A DNA stretch of 64,000 bases from Balanoglossus misakiensis (taxonomy: Eukaryota; Animalia; Hemichordata). The notes beneath the pieces were generated by a model, which was not told the origin of the DNA, did not search any database, and saw nothing but the letters and a program-made list of their open reading frames with translations. How positions within the stretch are numbered: position 1 is the stretch's first letter; the number at the start of each line of letters is the position of its first letter. Of this stretch, positions 1-48,194 are shown one piece after another. The stretch spans positions 930,001 to 994,000 of the forward strand of contig CM082577.2 in assembly GCA_040954595.2 (NCBI GenBank). Direction: 5' to 3'. The position numbers and the translations under genes were made by a program.

Positions 1-60
1 ATAGTGAGATATATACAGATAAGATAAGTTATCCATCTTGTTACTGTTTTTCATCTGCAG

Positions 61-2013
61 CGTGGAGGAGGATAGAAAATGAACTAGACATTTCAAGAAA
101 AACAGAAAGAGAAGGTCAGTTCAGTACTCATACAGTATTCAACATTCCCTCCTGCAGAAATTGTGTTCCTATTTTTGACTTACAACCACATATACATCAC
201 CAAGAGTTATGCAAGTTTGAGACAATTTGTTTCTCTCTAATCCATAAGTATTTCATTTTTCCTGGGGGTTTTCTTCGGAGAAGTTGTAATAAATAATGTA
301 AGGCCTATTTTTTGTTGAGGTTAAGAGTAGGCAAGAACAATTGAAGTGGTTGTAACATGACGTGAATGATGGAATGAAATGTCAAAGGTGACACCATGTC
401 ACATGATACGGCTGAATGGTATCAAAAGAGTCAGTGGCCAACCGTGCAGTGGAATTGTGTCAGTGAAATTATAATCTGTGGAATTCCATGACCACTGTTG
501 TTGACATTTCAGTGCTGAAGCAATCACTTCCCAGTTGGCAGAACCATGAAAATATTTGTCCAACAATCAAAATACCGGAACATTGACTTCGACGGAGGTT
601 AATACATGTCATGATAGGCTAAGGGGGAGGGAGGGGAGATACTTGTAATCAGATTCTCAGCTATTGACATTCCATTTGAATTTCATAATGAAATTTTAGC
701 AAGAGGCTAATCAGATCATAATTACATTTTTCTCTTTCTGGCGAAAAAGTAGCCCAGTTGTGTCTACCAGCTGCAGACTCTCTTATCTACACACCTCTTA
801 TGTTTTATCATCAAATAAAACAGAACACGTTCCCATAGATTAGTTTTGAGGGTAATCGATTGTTCACCTGTTTGTCACATGTCATGTCAAAAGTATCAAG
901 TTGTCCTGAATACTTATAAATGGCTTAATAGCATCTTCCTGTTGTAAAACTCTGGCATGTTGAGTCAGGTTTTACTACTTCAAGTTTGTGTTCAAATGTT
1001 CTTTGACTATACACTCACTTCAATTAATCTGGAAATGTTATGACTTCAACAATAAAGTCTGACATTACAAATACAAAGAGGCTATTCCCAAATGACTTGA
1101 AATCCCTTCGAACTCATTTCTGTCTGTGGAGGTCCAACCTTCCCATCGAGAACAATGGCTTTCCCTTATTAATGGTGAAAGGGTTAAAGGGACAATGGTT
1201 GTTTGCTATTTCAACATTTTGTTTTGTTTTGTGTATCAGATGTAGTTTCTTGTCCTACCCTTATTCAATGCTGAAATGCCCATTAGTACACGGTATGCTT
1301 GTCGACATAGCCTTAACATGCACAATGTCACGACAATTGTTGTTTCGGAATTCAGGCTGGGCTGTGAATGCAAAATAGCATGATGTCATTTTGAATGCAT
1401 TGCAATGTCCACTTTGTCCAGATTTAGAAATCCAAAGCTGGACGTAATAGAGGGAATTATGAGAACACCATTTGATTGAACAACACACTCTTATGAAGAC
1501 CTTAATTGTTGGGGGTCCAGTATTGACTGAATTTCAAGGTCACACTGACCTGTCTAGACACAACCAAACATTTACACAATCGCCTTTCGAAATTGTAAAC
1601 ATAGACCAGCAGTGTATGACAACTTCATGTTAATGTATCTTCAGGTGGACCAGTTTATTACATCGAAAAATCTGCAAATCCTAAACTAGATGGTGAGTAT
1701 TTAACATATTCTCTGGGAATGTTCGAAACTCAAACCAAGATCAGAGTTCATTTCTTGGCTCTGTAATCAATATATTTTCACTCAGATGTTTTAAGGAGAG
1801 GCAAATCAAGCAAAAACCTAAAAACCTTAAGAAATGACAAATGTTTCCTACATTGACAAGATTAACATATTCATCAATCAGTAAGTGGTCTTGCAATAAT
1901 GTAACTCTGTTGTCTCTTCTTCCCTTACCAACTCTGCAGGTTTTGAACCGTTTGATTTGGATACATGGCGAATTCATCAACTTACAAAAGACACACCGCT
2001 GTCCACATCTTAA
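61..2013 (+). CDS. MCRIP2: MAPK-regulated corepressor-interacting protein (MCRIP/FAM195 family), 3' part; exons 61-114, 1645-1692, 1940-2013 (stop TAA 2011-2013); 5' exons lie outside the window
   Basis: AG/GT-bounded phase-1 exons join to ...WRRIENELDISRKTEREGGPVYYIEKSANPKLDGFEPFDLDTWRIHQLTKDTPLSTS*. This matches the recalled FAM195 C-terminus (AWQxVE...YVEKxPNPxLxxFxPIDLD/SxW). MCRIP1 versus MCRIP2 cannot be resolved. Confidence 0.85.
1101..1187. mobile_element. Degenerate ~85-bp MITE copy (TTAA/CCCTTTCACC terminal-repeat family, piggyBac-like termini)
   Basis: Ends in GGTGAAAGGG-TTAA. The internal GAGGTCCAA...CCAT...AACAATGG matches the copies at 43324-43408 and 43892-43976. Confidence 0.55.
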
Positions 2014-2272
2014 CGACGGTGGGATTACTAACCCTGGTGTCTGCTGTGTGCATAGCTGTCTCTCTCTCTCTCTACTTTTTGTAGAACATTTACTGTATTT
2101 TTTGAGATTGAATACTTTTCTGAGTGTGTGCCCCCTATATATCTCCCTTGCTTGTGTATCTGTTGTGTTTTTTCCTGCCTTCTCCTAACAGGAGATAAAT
2201 TAAGAGAGATAAAAAACTTGTATTTTTAAAGAAAAAAAGAATTCACCAAATGTCAATTAATTTATGCGAGAA

Positions 2273-2278
2273 AATAAA
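2273..2278 (+). terminator. Candidate polyadenylation signal (AATAAA) of the MCRIP gene
   Basis: AATAAA about 260 nt after the stop codon, followed by T/GT-rich sequence. Confidence 0.4.
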
Positions 2279-2572
2279 AGTTTATATTGGGAAAGTTTTA
2301 AATCTCTTTGTGGTCTGGTATTTTGTTCACAAACTGTTACCCCCACGTATCATTGTCTAGAGGTCCAAATTTCCTCAGAACATAATGGGGTTGAACCAAG
2401 ATTTGGCTGATTTTGAGGGGGAACTTAGTGGATTGTCTGTCTTGTAACTGAATGTACCAATGGAATGGTAAACCCTTGTCTGGGCTGTATGTTTGTGTAT
2501 CAGGAATGTTTCTCTCAGTCTTCCAAAGTAAGCATATAGACTGCTTGGACAGAAGGTATAACAATTTAAGAG

Positions 2573-2604
2573 TTTATTGCACTGTGTGATAAACATGTTT
2601 TATT
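2573..2604 (-). terminator. Candidate polyadenylation signals of the formin gene (AATAAA on the minus strand at 2599-2604 and 2573-2578)
   Basis: Two TTTATT hexamers on the + strand about 600 nt downstream of the formin stop. Confidence 0.35.
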
Positions 2605-3009
2605 GTAAGTAAAAATTTGTGTCTATAAAACACTTGAAAATTAGAAAATTCTGTACTTTGAATAGTAAATTGTACTTTGCATTGGACATCAGTCTTCAAA
2701 AAATCTCGACTCCAATTGATTTACATGTGGTTTGGAAGTACTGTATACCAATATGTTGTCTTCAAATCACAGAAAGGAACTCAACAGATATATTGATCTC
2801 TGTGTTGCCATTTTCAGTTTCAATGCGTATCTTTATGTTGAAGTATTTAATAATTATCAAGCTCATTATTGTCCATAAAGACAAAGCAACGGATTCACGA
2901 AATTTTCATTTCTGTTGTCCTGGCAACATGAGATGTATATATGGCATGTTGATTAAGACACATAAAGCACGTCATTTGAGGCCATTGGAGATATTGTGAG
3001 AAGTATTGT

Positions 3010-3030
3010 CCATGGTGGTGAAAGGGTTAA
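3010..3030. mobile_element. Terminal fragment of the same TTAA-flanked MITE family
   Basis: CCATGGTGGTGAAAGGG-TTAA matches the terminal inverted repeat of the 43324-43408 element. Confidence 0.5.
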
Positions 3031-3196
3031 ATCGGGTATACAAATGTGTACTAAATCTTTGCTACTATACTATAGTATTCTTCATAGACATAGCCCCAAA
3101 GCAAAATTTTGGGAGAACCCCCCCCCCCCAGACATGAAATGGTTTGTTCCTCTAAACGAACAGTTTCTGTGATTGATAAAATTCACGCATGTACGT

Positions 3197-39718
<36,522 letters not shown>

Positions 39719-41452
39719 GTTGAATTTATGTCCAATATTCGCCGATGCGATTTCGGCCGATTAGGTCATTATTGAGCGGAGACAATTTTGTGGAAATGTA
39801 GCGCGTTTCTTTCACACCAGGGTTAGAACAACGCCAGGAACTTTGTCGTTATAAATTAATAAAATGTCATTTGATGTTACACAAAGTCGACTTCTTCGAG
39901 TAGACACGCTTTCGCCAGGGTAGACAATCTCGGCAGTAACTCGTGTATGATACCTTCTCCTTTCAGTTGGTCAGAAACATGGCCGTACGCCGGACACAAA
40001 AACGGAAATGTCAAGCGGACAGAAGGCGTTGGCGAGCTGTCAGATCATTAGCGCATTAACCTTTGGGAAATCCGACCGATTGATATATAAACCAATATCA
40101 GTTATTTTTCAACTGAATTCTTATTAAATATTTACATCGTCCAGTCAATCGCCACTTGAATGGTTGGGTGTCTATGGTGATGACATGAACCCGAACAACT
40201 CTTCCGTGTGTAGAGCGACAGATCTGTTAACGTATGTCATAAAAATATTATGCGTATTTTAAAAAGCAGAGGAAGAAGCAAGCGGACGTTTTATTAGCCT
40301 GGCCTGGTTGGACACATTACACACAGTGTCAAGGAATGGAAAATAATATCGTTAGTCATTGAAGCGCGCATGGACAATGGATGGAGAAGGATGGGTGACT
40401 GAATGGGAAAGGGAGGGAATGGATTGGTTGGTAACTTGAGTGGATGACTGGATGGATGGATGGATGGATGGATGGATGGATAGATAGATAGATAGTAAGA
40501 GTTGCTAAAATCATTCTAACATGGGAGAAAGTACAGCGTGCATTTGTAAAAATCAGTCCGAAACAGAAATGTAACTACGCATATGATGTTTCTGATAACA
40601 ACAGTATGTTGAATTGTCGTTCAAAAACAAAGACCCTTCACATAAACACAACAATTCACATAAATAGCAATTCTGACAAAATATTTGCACGTAGGATGAA
40701 GTTAGAATTCTCAAGAAACATTCCACATACCTTTGGACATAGAAATTAATATAGGCCCTACCCAGAGTGAAAAATTGAGTTTGTTGCATATGGAACTGGT
40801 GTTTCAAGTTGTTCGTACTACCGGTATAACAGATGCTCACCCGTTTTGGGTAACATTTTTGTCTAAAAGAAGTGTCGACCGTCGGTTCACACCTTTCCCG
40901 CATGCGCTCAAATGACGTATGGGTGGGTTGTCAACAAATGAAAGTGAAACGAGTTTCACCGAGCTCAGTGGTGAACGAATAGGGCATAGGGGGAACATAA
41001 GATCATCCCGAGACGAACACTACTTTTACACTCAGCTGGAAACCCGTCCAGCTGTGTACAATAAAATTCATGTAAATACTGTAGCTGAATTTTGTACATT
41101 GTAACTGCTGCTGTTTATCCAATGGTAACATACAAACACGCAACACTATCCGAAAACTGACAGTAAAGTTACTTTGTGAAACTGTCACACTGCCCAATCA
41201 TCCAGCTCGTGCGCCCTCAAGCGACGGGTTGTCCAATCTAATGTGCAGCGAAATAGACATTTTCTGCCCTCTTTCCTCGTCTGAAGCCAACTTTGTTTAA
41301 AATCACGGGTTTGTGTGTGAGTGACTGTGTGGAGGGCAATGTTCTAGTATCGTGTGTGTGGTTATCAACACACACACACGAATCAACAGGTGTCTATCTC
41401 GTCCTACTTCCTCTACGAGATTTTTCAACGAGAGTTTCAAACGAGATCCAAG
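39719..41452. promoter_or_regulatory. Divergent (head-to-head) upstream region shared by the formin and MBOAT7
   Basis: The two ATGs face away from each other 1.7 kb apart, with visibly CpG-richer sequence near each. Transcription start sites are not determinable from sequence. Confidence 0.45.
40441..40495. repeat. (GGAT)n(AGAT)n microsatellite
   Basis: Compound tetranucleotide run. Confidence 0.85.
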
Positions 41453-43871
41453 ATGTCGCCCGACGAGTTCATCTACATGTGTCTTCTGCTTGTTTCTATG
41501 CCATTAGGATACTTTGTGAAAAATGCTAAGGGAGCGAGCTCCAAAAAGTTGATCAGCAGTGGTGCTGGAGTCGCACTGGTTGTTTCATTGTGTCGTATGC
41601 ATTCTCTTCATTCTCTGATCACGACGATCGTCACTTGTGTTATTGTCAAAGTAGCCGGTTGGAGGTACGTACCGTATCGTCAACATCAACACTATAGCAG
41701 ACTACGTACGAGTACCTCCCGCAGAAGTTGTGATGAGTTGCGGTGTTCGGACTTCCAGCGCACCCCATTAACATTTTGACAGGAAACCATGCAAGGGATT
41801 CTTATAATCAGCCACCCAAAAACGTTATGATATTCCGTAATTTGAGCTCAATCATAAAATTCATACATTACCCTAATTATGATCTTTCGTAGACAAATCC
41901 GCACTTCACCATGCTTCACTGTCAGAGTGCCTTTATAACATTATTTTTTTTATTGCAGACACTGTCACAAACTGGTATTTGTCTGGTGCTTTGGGTATAT
42001 TGCATTTTTCCGAACTGTACATTGGTTTGGCTTGCCGTACCCATCATCGTTTGCTAATGCTGTACAACTGCTTCTCACATTACGGGTAAGAATTTTGTTA
42101 AAAGTTTATAAGGGGCATGTTATAAACAGATGACCTTTTTGTTTCCCAATAAACAGGAGCACAGACAAATCTTTTCGGAGAATCGTAGGTTCGAGCCCCA
42201 GCTATATATTCAAACTTTATCAGCATCACTATTTTTATTCTACTGTTAGATGGTTGGTATGGCATTTGAGATACACGATTCTTGTTCAGCAAAAGTGAAC
42301 CCACCTGATGCCAGCAGCACTACCAGTTCCAAGAAGCCACCAGTTGTCATCATTGATGAACCTTCGGTGTTAGATATATTTCACTATGCATATTGCTACG
42401 TTGGAATTATGACAGGTATGTGTATATGCTGCACAATGTACAGTGGTTCAAGATCTACTGCAAAACTCCATTCATATCAGTGTAAGCTACTTGTATAACA
42501 TGTATTGCAGAAATTGTGTTAATCCCTACTTTTATCAATGTGTTTTATGTTCTGGCTTTTAGTATAAAGTTTTCCAACTGACGAGGATTTTGTTTCGATT
42601 GCCAGGTCCCTACTTCAAGTACAAGACATACTATGACATGATCCACAATGAAAACTCCAACGAGATACCTACACTGAAGCCACTACTACAGAGAATGAAA
42701 TATGTAGCGCTCTACGGCACACTGTTCATCGTATCGTCACACTACATCACCATAGAATACGTCACCACAACAGATTTCTACTCCAACAGTTTCTGGTTCA
42801 CCACATTTTACATGGTGCCCATGTTCTTTGTCTTCCGGACCAGGATGTATTCGGCCTGGGTGTTGTCAGAATGTGTCTGTGTTGCAGCAACTCTAGGGGC
42901 TTACCCAACATCCTCCAAACCCAAATGTGGACAGGGACCAACTGTGCAGATACCCAAAGACAGGTCAGATTGCAAACAGTGGCGTCTATAATCAGGATAG
43001 AGTACATTGGAACAGATAAGCAGAAGTTTAAAGCCATCCAAATCTTTCCATATTTTGCTGTAACAGCATTCCCATGCTTAAAACATCTTTTCTCTCATCC
43101 CTCACTACAGTAAAGAAGACAAGACTCTAGACGACTACTACAACTATGAAACAGTCCACAATATCGATGGTTATAGATGTGATTTCACAGCCACATTCCG
43201 TGATGCCATGAGAGGATGGAATATGTCCGTCCAATGGTGGCTGGCTAATTTCATTTACAGACGTGTGCCAAATAAAGCATGGAGGTACGTCTGTGTTAAG
43301 ACTTTGCAGTTTTCCAGGTTTAACCCTTTCACTCCCATGGTCCAGTTCAGTCCCATGGTTTTCTATAGTAAAGTTGGATCTCTAAAGCGGGAACTGGGGG
43401 TGAAAGGGTGAAATACCAAATATCGATTTGCCATTTGAATGTTACTGTGTGTTAACCAATTCCCTTTTATCACTACTCTGCTTCAGGACTTCAGTCACCA
43501 TGCTGGTTAGTGCGTTCTGGCACGGCATCCATCTTGGTTACTACCTCAGCTTCATGACAGTGCCAGTCATGCTGTTTGCCGAAGATGTCATGATAAAAGC
43601 ATTCCGCAGACCCAGCAACGAGAAGGTCTATGATTGGCTGAACTGGTTTATCCGAATGCGTTTCTTTGAATACCTCAGCATGGCTTTTCTACTTCTGAAG
43701 TTAGACTTCACATTGACATACTGGATGTCCACATTTTTCATCGGCCACGTCCTCAGTGCAATATTCATCGTTCTCGGAATTGTGTTCCGACCTCGGAGGA
43801 GAAAGAAAGTTGATGAAGACAGTGCAACGACTGATGCAGTTCAAACTACAGAGGCAAAGAAAGTGAACTAA
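41453..43871 (+). CDS. MBOAT7: Lysophospholipid acyltransferase 7 (LPIAT1, membrane-bound O-acyltransferase 7), 6 exons, 473 aa
   Basis: Exons 41453-41664, 41959-42085, 42250-42415, 42606-42963, 43111-43284, 43487-43871; all GT-AG, phases consistent (1422 nt). Motifs MSPDEFIYMCLLLVSMPLGY, FANAVQLLLTLR, YCYVGIMTGPYFKYKTY, WNMSVQWWLA (catalytic Asn) and MLVSAFWHGIHLGYYLSF (catalytic His) match recalled MBOAT7 sequence. The C-terminus has a KKxx ER-retrieval signal (AKKVN*). Confidence 0.96.
43324..43408. mobile_element. 85-bp MITE with 14-bp terminal inverted repeats and TTAA-type target site (piggyBac-like) in MBOAT7 intron 5
   Basis: TTAA|CCCTTTCACTCCCA ... TGGGGGTGAAAGGG|TGAA; the TIRs match at 13 of 14 positions. 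Confidence 0.75.
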
Positions 43872-43891
43872 TCGATTGCAATTCTTCTTAA

Positions 43892-43976
43892 CTCTTTCAC
43901 CACCAGTTCCATCTTTTGAGGTCCAATTTTACCATAGGAAACAATGGGTCTGGACTGACCCATTGTGATGAAGCGG
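43892..43976. mobile_element. Second MITE copy, opposite orientation, in the MBOAT7 3' UTR
   Basis: TTAA|CTCTTTCACCACCAGTTCCATCTTTTGAGGTCCAATTTTACCATAGGAAACAATGGGTCTGGACTGACCCATTGTGATGAAGCGG|TTAC aligns without gaps to the reverse complement of 43324-43408. Confidence 0.7.
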
Positions 43977-44525
43977 TTACAGAGGAAAATTTGATCCCTT
44001 TTGATTGTATATCTTTGAAATGTTATAGTTATAACCTTGGAGAGTTTGTCAGCAATTTTTTTGTACAGTGCAGATCTTATTCTACTTATTAAATCATGTC
44101 AACAACTCACAGAGTGAGAGTTCTCTGACAGCCAAAATTTCGATACGTTTCAGAATGTACAACATATGTAAAGTTCAAAATACATGTAAGTCACATGTAA
44201 GCTTTTCTTCTGAAGTCCTACAATCCTCAGTTTTACATCAAATTTAGACTGATCTATGATGCATGACAGTGCAAACTGATTAAAGTGGGGCATCTTTGCC
44301 TGCCAAGGTTTTGCTCTGACTGTGGTCTTCAAGCAGACATTGACATAGAGAAACGAAGATGATTTCGAAAAGAAACTGCCAGTTTGTGTGCAATTTTGTA
44401 AAATTGATTCAATGCGTATTGAATGCCTGCCTGTGTGTACCTCACACTGTAGTTTGTTTGTTACCATGGTTATTTCAAGTCCAGATTACATGTTATAATA
44501 GATGTCACATCTTGAGTACTTAGTG

Positions 44526-44531
44526 AATAAA
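44526..44531 (+). terminator. Candidate polyadenylation signal of MBOAT7
   Basis: AATAAA followed by a T/GT-rich tract (CTTGTTTTTTTGTGTG). Confidence 0.45.
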
Positions 44532-45257
44532 AACTTGTTTTTTTGTGTGCCAAAAGATGATTTCTATGGCAACAAAGTGTTATAGTAATCTCAGATAATT
44601 TGTCCCTGGTTTGGTTTCATGGGGAACCTTTAGAGTGAGTTGATGAAGGAAACCTTTCTCTTGGATCAGCAGGGCACAATTAATAAACAGAGAAAACCGT
44701 GTGGTCTCTTTGGTAACATATCTGCTAAAACACAATCGACGAAACCAGTTTAACACTACGCCCTCTCGTGTTAAGATAACCCACGGCATATTTGACCAAG
44801 TTCGTTCATTTATCAGTCACAGATTATTATCGCCGTGGCTACTCACACAGCCTTTGCCAAAGGTAGACAACTTACACGTAGTACCTGGCTGACAAAACTC
44901 TTTCATCCCCTCTCAAATCGACATGATTCCTTTGCGAATTCGATTCTTCTATGACGCAGGTTTTTGGTAATTTGCCATTTTACACGGAAAAGTAAAAAAT
45001 TAATCGAAGTCTAACTACCCCAACAAAGGTTCTTTCTCTTACATACGTCATATTTTATGAAAAACCGCTTGGACAACATGTGACAGTGACGATTGGGGGA
45101 AAACCCCGACGGAAACCCTCAACAAAATGACGTAGCCAAATATTGTTCAGAAAGTGGGTCGTTGTCATTGCTGTGACCAGTGCGTCATTGGAGCTCTGAT
45201 TGAGGTACGCCGGGAAACGGTGGTTGCACCATTGACGTTAGTCGGAGCAGTAAATGG

Positions 45258-45310
45258 TAGCTCTGCGTGGCAGGGCTGTGTTGTTACGGCAGCCCTGCCA
45301 CGCAGAGCTA
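45258..45310. mobile_element. 53-bp miniature DNA transposon: perfect 21-bp TIRs (TAG...CTA) and 9-bp target-site duplication
   Basis: AGTAAATGG | TAGCTCTGCGTGGCAGGGCTG-TGTTGTTACGG-CAGCCCTGCCACGCAGAGCTA | AGTAAATGG. Confidence 0.85.
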
Positions 45311-47636
45311 AGTAAATGGTTGCATCAATGCGAAGAATGCAGTTTTGTGATAATTAAAGAGCATCTTACATATTGATTCTATAGAGAAAGTTGTTCAATA
45401 GAAATGGTACTCCACCGGTCATTGGGAAATCTAAACACGCAGCAACGTGTACTTAGGTAGAAAGACACGAATAAATGATGCAAAATCCGGTTTGCGTTTA
45501 TGGATAAACGATAGAATGGGCGTCACAAAAACGAAAGAAACACACCCCCACAAATGTTGACCGTGTTGTCCTCAATCACAGAGTTGGCCGGGTGCATAAT
45601 TGGCCGGATCCGTCATACCCGGAAGTTAGGAAAACTTGCACGTACACCGCTATAACCTAAGAACCCTTATTCCCAATTTAAATAATTTAAAACTAAAGTA
45701 GTTTGCATCGTGTTCTGTCCAACAAGCATTCCGGTAAAGGTACAAGAGCATTGAAGGCCTATAGGGAAGTTTCGGACCTGTATGCCAGTCGGTGCCAACC
45801 AGATTGTCGACGATCCATTGGAATTCACGACCATAGTAAATAGTGGTTGAGTTTCAGCGGAATACGGTGTGCTGTAGTAATCGGGCCCGATGGCCTAGGC
45901 TACAACCCCGATGCTACAACTTAGTTTTTGAACAGTTTAATAGGAAAGTCTGACGCGGCGTCCAGTTGGCCTCCGAGTCAAGTCAAGACTTCGCTTGCGT
46001 TTTAATCATAACTTCGATCTCCACGGGAACTTCGAAGTTAATGGAACACCAAGATGTAAGTTATGTTCACGTTGGGGATATAGTCTTCCAATCTGATTTA
46101 AGTCAGCTGTTTAGTGGTGGATTTCTGATTTATTGTTCATGTTGCAGATATGCGGTAGCTACTGACCGAGAACAGCAAAAACCCAGCAAAGATATAAAAG
46201 TAGTTTTCCTGTGGGTCTGTAGCATAACTCACATATTTGTGTTGTCGAGAGGTTTATTGCACTGGCAGTTCCGCGTCGCCTGCAAATTTCCTCGGACGAT
46301 TTGTGCAATTTGGTGAAGAATTCCAGGTGTAAATTGAAGTATGATTAAAAATAAATTAAAACTTTTGGAGTATTGTGCCATATGAAATATTTTATTTACT
46401 AGTCCTTGTGCAGAAGCGACGCGACGGTGAATATATGAACAAACTGCCGTGGCAAACTACGATATTGTCCATTAAACGGGAAATAATTAGGGGGCCTACC
46501 CATTTAAAACACTTTTTGAACGTTGATCGTTAATTTCTGTACAATATGCGCTGCACGACAACACAAAGTATGCATGATAACGAAACATTTCCTCTGAACT
46601 CATACACGATGCAAGTTGATTATCAAAACTGTCACCAAGATTAACTTCCCTTGTTGGATATCAAAATTGTCACCGCGCGAGATGAACGAACTTCTCTGTG
46701 AGATTTTGCAGGTGATACGACAAAGCATTTCTATTCGTAACATACATATTTTGATACTACAAAAAAAGCTTATAAGGAACATGAAATGTGCGGCAAGATA
46801 TTGGAAATATTTTTAGATGGGTCACCTGATTGTCTGCTGTGAAGAATCTGGCAGTACGTTAATCCTATATTCTGATGGGGTCCGAAGTCTGCGTCCCGGT
46901 ACCCCCTCTTGTACACACACCTGTAGGCCCTACAAATGACTGCCGTGTGATCATTTCTTGTGGTGTATACACCTCGATGGCAATATATACAGTCAATGGA
47001 CCACATGTATATCATTCCTTTTGATAGAATGAAAAAAAATGAAAAAGCCCCGTGAAGTTGCAGTGCAGTCCAATGGAAATTTTGACTCATAGGGTCATGT
47101 TTCAATTCAAGAACACTAAAATAAGACTCTACGCAACTAAGGAATCGGCCCAGTCGTCTTGCGTCAGAAGTGGGTCCCTTATATATAGTTTACCACAGGC
47201 CTATTTGTCACTATCTCCTATGAGTAAGTCGTTGCAAACCTTGGTTACTGATAATGCCGTACATGTTTAATAGGCCGCAATATCACAACTCTACGATTTG
47301 GAATATGATTCAGGACACCCAGTGAGCTGTCTTTTTGGGGGAAGACAGACAAAATGATTATGACAATTCAATCCGAAAAGTTCCAAATTAGGTGCAACTC
47401 ACGATGTGGTCAGAACAGCTCAAATTTTATACAAAATCTTGACCAGTCGCGTTGGACTACTGCACCACTTTGATATACCTTCATTTTTTGAAGTATGAAA
47501 AATAATCTTTTTTTGCTGTTGGTTGCACATGAAAATTATGTACGGTGATACGGCAGAGACCGCGAGATCTCCATAAACATGTTCAAAGTAGTGCAAAACG
47601 GCGGTATTGCATAATCTATTCAGTAAGTTGAAAGGA

Positions 47637-48194
47637 GGAACTTTCCATGGAACAACTTGAGCAAAATCATGTTGTGGTCAAAATAGGCCGACAGTGGAAT
47701 TTTCCCAACTATACAGGTGCAAGGATCGTTAGCCGCTACGTTTGTTGAGATCGGCCACTTTCCGGACAATATGACCTCACTTCCTGGTATTTTTCAACAA
47801 GTGGTATGTGGGTCTTTTATTTTCACTTTTTTGGTGAACTTAAAGTTACATAACGCGTTTTCAATACGAATCCTTTTGTTGTCAATTTCGCATTCAGTAT
47901 TCAAATGGTCGGCAGAAATTTACATTGAGATTTAAGTGGTGAACACCGTCGGAAACCTATGACGATTGCAAACCTTCGTGGTTTACGAGAGTTGAAACCG
48001 GAGACCACGCTGATAAACAATTCAGGAAGTGTGTGATATTTTGTTTTCAAAGACACGCTCCAATAACACTAAAACAAAACATTAAAAGCTCAGTACAACT
48101 TGTCAGTGGAACTCACGGGAACTTTCCATTTCACGTGTGTGTATACGTACCAGAGTATACATCACCACAATTGAGGACCACTGTGGAAATTTCC
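47637..48194. promoter_or_regulatory. Cluster of four NF-kB/Rel-like sites upstream of the UNC5CL-like CDS
   Basis: GGAACTTTCC 47637-47646, GGAATTTTCCC 47696-47706, GGGAACTTTCC 48117-48127, GGAAATTTCC 48185-48194. ETS-like CACTTCCGG/CACTTCCTG lie between them. Motif match only. Confidence 0.35.
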
